A stretch of DNA of 64,000 bases, from assembly GCA_965218585.1 (NCBI GenBank), contig CBDCLE010000026.1, forward strand, positions 128,001 through 192,000. Direction: 5' to 3'. This DNA is from Terriglobia bacterium. GTDB taxonomy: Bacteria; Acidobacteriota; Terriglobia; 20CM-2-55-15. This document shows, in pieces, positions 58,542-64,000 of the stretch. Under the pieces are notes generated by a model, which saw nothing but the letters and a program-made list of their open reading frames with translations, was not told where the DNA came from and searched no databases. The first letter of the stretch is position 1. Every line of letters starts with the position of its first letter. The position numbers were made by a program, and so were the translations under genes.

Positions 58542-59627
58542 TTATGCGGATAGGCCGCCGGGACCCGGGTAGTCCTCACCAAGTCTCTGAGCGTCGTTCT
58601 CAGCGAGTATCTTGACGAGTTCTTCGTGGAAGTAGTCCGAATCCGGCTGCTCGACCTGTCTCAGATAGGTCTCACGGCCGGCATCGATTTCCTTTTGCAG
58701 GCGGGAGTAGAGATCGGCATGGACCCTGCCTTCGAGAACCTCCTTCTCGTGCCCAAGCTTGATCTCTGACACGAGCATGCGGGCCAGACGACGCGCGTCC
58801 GAGGCGAGATCCGCCTCGTTTCTTTCATCCGTTTCAGATCCTTCCAGCGGGCTGTCATCGTCAGTCTCGGACGCACCACCACGGCCGAAGAAACGTATTC
58901 GAAGCCCAAAGTTTTCAATCGCCCGCGTCAGCGCGTCGACGATGACACCGAACGCATCGGTGTCGGCAATCCCTACGGCGCAGACGGCGGCAACGGTCTT
59001 GGACCGAACAACAATGGGAGCGAAGAACCATTCGGGGTCGATAGTGTCCTCGGAAACCAGATCGGGAAAGGCGGCTTCTCCCTGCGCGCTCCAGAGGGCG
59101 TATCCGTCGGGCTTGTTCAGGTAAATTGCGACTCCGCCGGAGAGACGCTCGGCTGCTGCAAGGAAACGTCGCAGGATCTCTGACTGGGATGCGGCGTCCC
59201 CGACACGCCTGTGGAAGTCGGCCAGCAGGCGCCAGCTTTCCGCTTCGGCGATCAGGTCGATTCGCTCCAGCTTCCATCGCTCCTCAGCCTCTTCGGCCTG
59301 GGCCTGGAGCGTCTTTTTCAAACCGTCCAGTTCCCCAGCCAGATGCTCGGTGAAACGAGCCTCCAGCTCGGCCGTAACCTCCGAGCGCACCGACTGCCCC
59401 GTTTCTTCGCGGATCCGGGTCTCCTCCTCCGCGGCGCGGGTACGAAACTCGGCTTCTTTGTCCAGCAGGGCTTTCTTCAGGCGTACGTTGGCTTCCGCTT
59501 CCAGGGTGGCGCGGAATTCGTCCAACATACCGTCGAGTTGGTTCGACAGCTCGGGTGCGACCGCCTCGAGGAGACGGTCGACAGAAACCTTCGCCTTTGC
59601 TGGGTCGGAAGGGACCTTGGCAGACAC
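58542..59627 (-). CDS. Hypothetical protein: coiled coil plus GAF-like segment plus helical C-terminal domain
   Basis: GGAGG SD and upstream TGCTATAAT; heptad-rich N-terminus; C-terminal ARRLARMLVSEIKL...V.EGR..DLY.RL..EID. Confidence 0.8.
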   Translation of the reverse strand: MSAKVPSDPAKAKVSVDRLLEAVAPELSNQLDGMLDEFRATLEAEANVRLKKALLDKEAEFRTRAAEEETRIREETGQSVRSEVTAELEARFTEHLAGELDGLKKTLQAQAEEAEERWKLERIDLIAEAESWRLLADFHRRVGDAASQSEILRRFLAAAERLSGGVAIYLNKPDGYALWSAQGEAAFPDLVSEDTIDPEWFFAPIVVRSKTVAAVCAVGIADTDAFGVIVDALTRAIENFGLRIRFFGRGGASETDDDSPLEGSETDERNEADLASDARRLARMLVSEIKLGHEKEVLEGRVHADLYSRLQKEIDAGRETYLRQVEQPDSDYFHEELVKILAENDAQRLGEDYPGPGGLSA

Positions 59628-59663
59628 GTGTGGACAGACCTCCGGAGAAAGCCCAGATTATAG

Positions 59664-59752
59664 CAAAATGGGGTCAGAGCCCTATTTCCCCCTTTTTCCC
59701 GCACACCTATTTCCATAATTAAACGGGGACATAGGGCTCTGACCCCATTTTG
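59664..59752. repeat. Long inverted repeat, GGGGTCAG-type extragenic element
   Basis: CAAAATGGGGTCAGAGCCCTAT ... ATAGGGCTCTGACCCCATTTTG (perfect 22-bp arms) between divergent promoters. Confidence 0.82.
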
Positions 59753-59785
59753 TGGGACAAACCTATATAATCGGGTGAACCTCTA

Positions 59786-60139
59786 GGGGGCGCACCGGTT
59801 TCGACGGATGCGATGATGCAGGAGATGCATACCGAGGTTCCACGATCCTCGTTAAACGCGTGGAAAACAATCAATTGCTGACACTCAGTTAGCATTGGCT
59901 GCTTAATAACCAGCCACGTCCTTGATTGATTCGCCTGTAGGTCGGTTAAAGGACGTCACTTTATGCGGGATAGTCCTTCGTTGCTGGCCCGGCGGCGAGG
60001 GATGAAACTTAACGGGCTGGTGTTTCGGCCGGGTTGCAGGTTCCTTCAGGCCGGAGCATGAGACAAACTGGAACCTGACAAGTATGTAGACTCTCTTGTT
60101 GAACGTTTTCGGACGCGGGTTCGATTCCCGCCGCCTCCA
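59786..60139 (+). ncRNA. ssrA: tmRNA; tag peptide (A)ADTQLALAA at 59877-59906
   Basis: GGGGGCG/CGCCTCC-A acceptor with G3-U pair, GGTTTCGAC, tag frame ending ALAA-TAA, GCGGGTTCGATTCCCGC T-arm; TATAAT upstream. Confidence 0.97.
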
Positions 60140-60292
60140 TCACTATGTTTGTCTGATAAGATCCAATAGAGTTCCATTACAACTATTAAATAATTGATAA
60201 AAAACATTTAAAGCCTTTAGTGAGCGCTTGCAAGTTCCGTTCTATTCCCATAAGATCCTCGACAGAACGTTGGAAATAACGTGGGGTAAATC

Positions 60293-61468
60293 ATGGGAAC
60301 ACTGACGGCCGTTAAGGCAAAATCAATCACGAAACCGGGCATGCACGGCGACGGCGGCACGTTGTTTTTGCGCGTCGCGCCCGGCGGATCGAAGAGTTGG
60401 GTGCAGCGACTGACGATTGACGACAAGCGCTACGACATCGGCCTGGGAGGTTTTCCGCTGGTGAGCCTAGCCGAGGCGCGGGAGGCGGCCTTCCAAAATC
60501 GCAAGCTCGCGCGAGCCGGTGGAAATCCTCTCGCCGAGAAACGCAAGGCGACGGTGCCGACGTTTCGACAGGCCACTCAAGAAACCTATGAGGCGCTCAA
60601 GCCGCGCTGGCGTAATGACCACCATACCGTTTCCTGGATACAAACACTTCAACGTCACGCCTTCCCAGTCTTGGGAGATATGCCTGTTGACCGGATCGGC
60701 CGTGAGGATGTGCTGCGCGTCCTGACGCCGATCTGGGGCACGCGCATGGAAACCGCTCGCCGCGTTCGTCAGCGTATCCGAACCGTCTTGCGGTGGTGCG
60801 AGGCTCATGGCTATATCGACCGCAACGTGGCCGGTGACGCGATCAGCGGTGCACTACCCACTATGCCTGCTGTTAAGAGGCATTATCAGGCGCTCCCCTA
60901 TCGGGAGGTCCGGACGGCGCTCGAAAAAGTGGAAGCGTCCGGGGCGTCCATGTCCGCAAAACTTTGCCTTCGGTTTTTGGTCCTGACGGCGGCGCGGTCC
61001 GGCGAGGCACGGTCCGCACGCTGGGACGAGATCTATATGGATCAAGCCGTGTGGACGGTCCCGGCAACGCGTATGAAGTCCCAGCGAGAGCATCGAGTGC
61101 CGCTAAGCGATGCCGTCCTCGGCGTCCTCGAACAAGCACAGGTACTCAATGATGGTTCCGACCTGGTCTTCCCGTCGCCGCTGAGGCCGGGCAAGCCGCT
61201 GAGCAACATGACATTGACAAAGGTGCTGCGGGATCGCGGGATCGCAGACAAGGCGACCGTACACGGTTTCAGATCGAGCTTTAGGGATTGGTGCGCCGAG
61301 ACGGGCAAGCCGCGTGAGATCTCCGAGGCTGCTCTGGCGCACGTTGTCGGCGGTGTCGAGGGGGCTTACTTCCGTTCGGATTTGTTCGCCAAGCGCCGCC
61401 GACTGATGGGCCAGTGGGCCGCATTCCTGACCGGTGCCAGTACGGACATAGTGAGGCTCCATGGATAA
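60293..61468 (+). CDS. P4-like tyrosine integrase with N-terminal arm-binding domain
   Basis: DGGTLFLRV..GSKSW..GLGGFPLVSLAEAR, ARSGE, RMK, HGFRSSFRDW, LAH, AY.RSD; directly downstream of ssrA. Confidence 0.95.
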   Translation: MGTLTAVKAKSITKPGMHGDGGTLFLRVAPGGSKSWVQRLTIDDKRYDIGLGGFPLVSLAEAREAAFQNRKLARAGGNPLAEKRKATVPTFRQATQETYEALKPRWRNDHHTVSWIQTLQRHAFPVLGDMPVDRIGREDVLRVLTPIWGTRMETARRVRQRIRTVLRWCEAHGYIDRNVAGDAISGALPTMPAVKRHYQALPYREVRTALEKVEASGASMSAKLCLRFLVLTAARSGEARSARWDEIYMDQAVWTVPATRMKSQREHRVPLSDAVLGVLEQAQVLNDGSDLVFPSPLRPGKPLSNMTLTKVLRDRGIADKATVHGFRSSFRDWCAETGKPREISEAALAHVVGGVEGAYFRSDLFAKRRRLMGQWAAFLTGASTDIVRLHG

Positions 61469-61531
61469 GGAACGCCACCCGTTCCCCGACTCTCTCGCCG
61501 ATTGGGCGGCCAAGATTTGACGGGAAGTTTG

Positions 61532-62583
61532 GTCCAGATCCCGAAAGTCCGAGCGAAGACTGGCGACCCGGTAACGTTCCGGTCGGCCCTGGTACCTCCC
61601 TGCATTCGGAAAACGAAATCGCTGGAAGCAGCGGTGCCGTGGTTGTATTTGAAAGGCGTCTCCAGCGGCGAGATGGGTGACGCTCTAAAAGTTCTTGTCG
61701 GACCCCAGGCGCAGGGCCTGTCGGCGAGCACGGTATCGCGGTTGAAACAGGTCTGGGCCGAGCAGTACCGCCGGGGATGCGAGGAGCGATTGGATGCCGA
61801 TCGCTGGGTCTATGTCTGGGCCGACGGTATCTACAGCGGACTGCGGGCCGAAGAAACCAAGTTGTGCGCACTGGTGGTGATCGGCGCGAATCAACGCGGA
61901 GAGAAACGTTTTCTGGCAATCGAAGACGGTGTCCGGGAATCGACACAGAGTTGGCGCGAGGTCTTGTTAAAGCTGAAGTCGCGTGGGATGAATATCCCGA
62001 AGTTGGCCATCGGAGACGGTGCGATGGGATTCTGGGCCGCACTGGAGGAAATCTATCCCGAGACACGTCACCAACGTTGCTGGATGCACAAGACCATGAA
62101 CGTACTGAACGGGCTCCCGAAGTCGGCCCAGGCGAAGGCGAAACAGGCTTTGCACGCGATCTGGCGGGCTCAGACACAGGCAGACGCCGAGAAGGCATTC
62201 GATCTGTTCATTGAAACCTATGAGCCGAAGTATCCGAAAGCCACTCGCTGCCTCCAGAAAGACAAAGAAGAACTGCTGGCCTTCTTCAACTTCCCGGCCA
62301 AGCACTGGCAGAGCATCCGAACGACCAATCCCATTGAGTCGACTTTTGCTACCATTCGCCACCGAACCAAGCGATCCAGGGGTTGCCTGACGCGGGTTGG
62401 CATGCTGCACATGATGTTCAAACTGGGACAGTGCGCTCAGAAGAACTGGCGACGATTACGAGGATTCGATGATCTGCCCAAGGTGATTACTGGAGTGAAA
62501 TTCAACGATGGAATCGAAGTGACCCACGTCGATCAGGCCGCCGCTTGAGTCAATCGGCAAAACACCACTTTTGACAATAACTC
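61532..62583 (+). mobile_element. 5'-truncated IS256-family element (transposase remnant to 62548)
   Basis: Begins abruptly at VQIPKVR; LYLKGVS, VWADG, IGDGAMGFW, QRCWMHK, RTTNPIES; right end ACACCACTTTTGACAATAACTC; left end and N-terminus missing. Confidence 0.9.
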
Positions 62584-62849
62584 TCACCTTCCTGGAGCCG
62601 GGTCATACATGCTTCTTTGAAGTCAACGTGGAAGGCCCCCAAACGCCGCTGACATCTGGATCGCGTCTTTTTCGAGCACTACGCGGATGGCAAAACGACA
62701 CCAAAGATTGGGGCCGCGAGGTGACGGGGCATATCCCGTACAAAAACCTAAATGGGTTGAACCGCAAGACTAGGTATAAGGTCGGCGTTGACGTTCTCAA
62801 CCAAGACTGCGGCGTAGTTGTAAGAATTGTAACCGATCAGGGAAACTAG
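62584..62849 (+). pseudogene. Possible 3' remnant of a gene cut by the IS256 element
   Basis: Open frame from the IS end to TAG 62849 with no plausible start; family not recognised. Confidence 0.3.
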
Positions 62850-62944
62850 GAAGAAATGAGAATGGTGGCTTCTAAGGATATCGTGGAAACATTCGGTTGG
62901 GCTCTTTCATAGTCATAAACTTCACCGACCCTCAGAAGCGAGTA

Positions 62945-63082
62945 GGCCACCAATTCTTTGTAGGTGAGCGTCCCGGTATTCACGATCCGATTGATGGTGT
63001 CGTGGAAGATTTGAGGATTGTTCCGATTGTTGAATCGCCAGTCCAGTTCTTCGACGTAGCGGTCTAGATGCTTCTTGCTTAT
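62945..63082 (-). pseudogene. C-terminal fragment of an IS1595-family transposase (outer element)
   Basis: Manual translation ISKKHLDRYVEELDWRFNNR...LTYKELVA. Confidence 0.8.
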
Positions 63083-63656
63083 CCGGTTGTTTCAGCACGG
63101 CACCATATGTAGTGTAGGCGTGTGGCACGACCTCGGTTTCCCAAGAATATGCGCGAGTTCCAACGGCAATTTGCTACCGAGGATGCGTGTCAAGACTACT
63201 TGGCGAGGTGTCGTTGGACGGACGGCTTCAAATGTCCCCGCTGCGGGTGCGGGCGGTCGTATCGGATTAGGAAACATCGACGGTGGCAATGCGTTGAGTG
63301 CCGATACCAGGTTTCGTTGACAGCCGGCACGATTCTCCACAACACAAGAACGCCACTGACGGTGTGGTTCTGGGCAGCCTATCTGATGGTCACTGATAAG
63401 CGGGGGATTTCGGCGCTCCTGCTCCAACAGCAGCCGGGACTTCGTCGGTACGAAACCGCGTGGATGCTGTTGCACAAGCTGAGACGCGCGATGGTGAACG
63501 CCACGCGTAAGCGGTTGCATGGCGAGGTGGAAATTGACGATACCTGGATCGGCGGGTCCCAATCCGGCCTTCGGGGGAGTCGTCAGCTCAAAGGGCGAAA
63601 GGCGGCCATCGGGTTGGTAGCTGTTGAAAGGAGAGGCCGCATCTCGGGTCGGATCC
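63083..63656 (+). mobile_element. 3'-truncated IS1595-family element (inner); ORF 63122-63673
   Basis: Zn-ribbon RWTDGFKCPRC..QCVEC, SLTAGT, KRGISA, TAW.LLHKLR.AM, VEIDDTWIGG; rest of the catalytic domain missing. Confidence 0.88.
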
Positions 63657-63713
63657 GACAATGGAACGCTTGAACAGCGACCAGACGCCCTCGATGCCGT
63701 TAGTATGGACATC
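63651..63713 (-). pseudogene. Internal fragment of the outer IS1595 transposase
   Basis: DVHTNGIEGVWSLFKRSIVGS, the motif that normally precedes S.KHL.RY. Confidence 0.78.
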
Positions 63714-63771
63714 ACGCAAGGGGCAAGAGTCTGCTTCGCCCACCATGGCAAGAGTACATCGCCAAACCTGA

Positions 63772-64000
63772 CTATCCGGTGTAGCTATTACGAGGTCTAA
63801 GGGAGGGTTTCCCCGCATGGCGAATGCCCCGACACTCCACCTTGGTCAATGGTGCAACCTTACGGTCAGTCAACAGTGAGAGTATTCCGACCTCACTAAT
63901 GGGACACTCGCAACCGGAGGTGATGGCGATAACGCGGGAGATTGCGACTGTTGCCGCGAGGGCGCTCACATAGGGAGCGGCAACGCTGGCTCCGCCGATG
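63772..64000 (-). pseudogene. Possible C-terminal part of an S8 (subtilisin-like) peptidase, running in from beyond the window
   Basis: IGGASVAAPYVSALAA resembles the GTS.AAP.V..LAA nucleophile helix; a single motif only. Confidence 0.35.

Overview
A mostly housekeeping bacterial chromosome segment. A moderately high-GC, LPS-producing diderm, most likely Acidobacteriota; this is inferred from gene order and protein families, not from a marker search. Left to right: a partial Ycf45/SpoIIIAA-like ATPase, ytxJ(brxC)-yyaL, an M23 peptidase, an IS5-family element, a tightly coupled DUF1460 amidase/GT2/DUF4922/SpoIID-like operon, a small hyper-acidic ORF, and a cluster of uncharacterised membrane and secreted proteins with an MBL hydrolase. 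Then gap-pgk-tpiA-secG-tRNA-Leu, and an LPS inner-core locus (waaA, lpxK, gmhB, split HldE genes, two GT9 enzymes) that also carries a radical SAM/SDR pair and an ICMT-like methyltransferase. Then rimP-nusA-infB-rbfA-truB-rpsO-pnp, a UbiD-family gene, lepB-carA-carB, and hrcA-grpE-dnaJ-prmA-rsmE (no dnaK) with a MITE and a second IS5 copy nested in the dnaJ stop codon. The right end holds a DegP-like protease, an aminotransferase, tmRNA and a decayed tmRNA-integrated island (P4-like integrase, IS256 and IS1595 debris). Best candidates for undescribed biology: (1) the four-gene muropeptide-processing operon with no export signals, (2) a covarying GGA-loop double-hairpin repeat around the UbiD gene, (3) the extra LPS-tailoring enzymes, and (4) the putatively sigma54-driven acidic microprotein. 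All family assignments come from motif recognition; no database searches were run.
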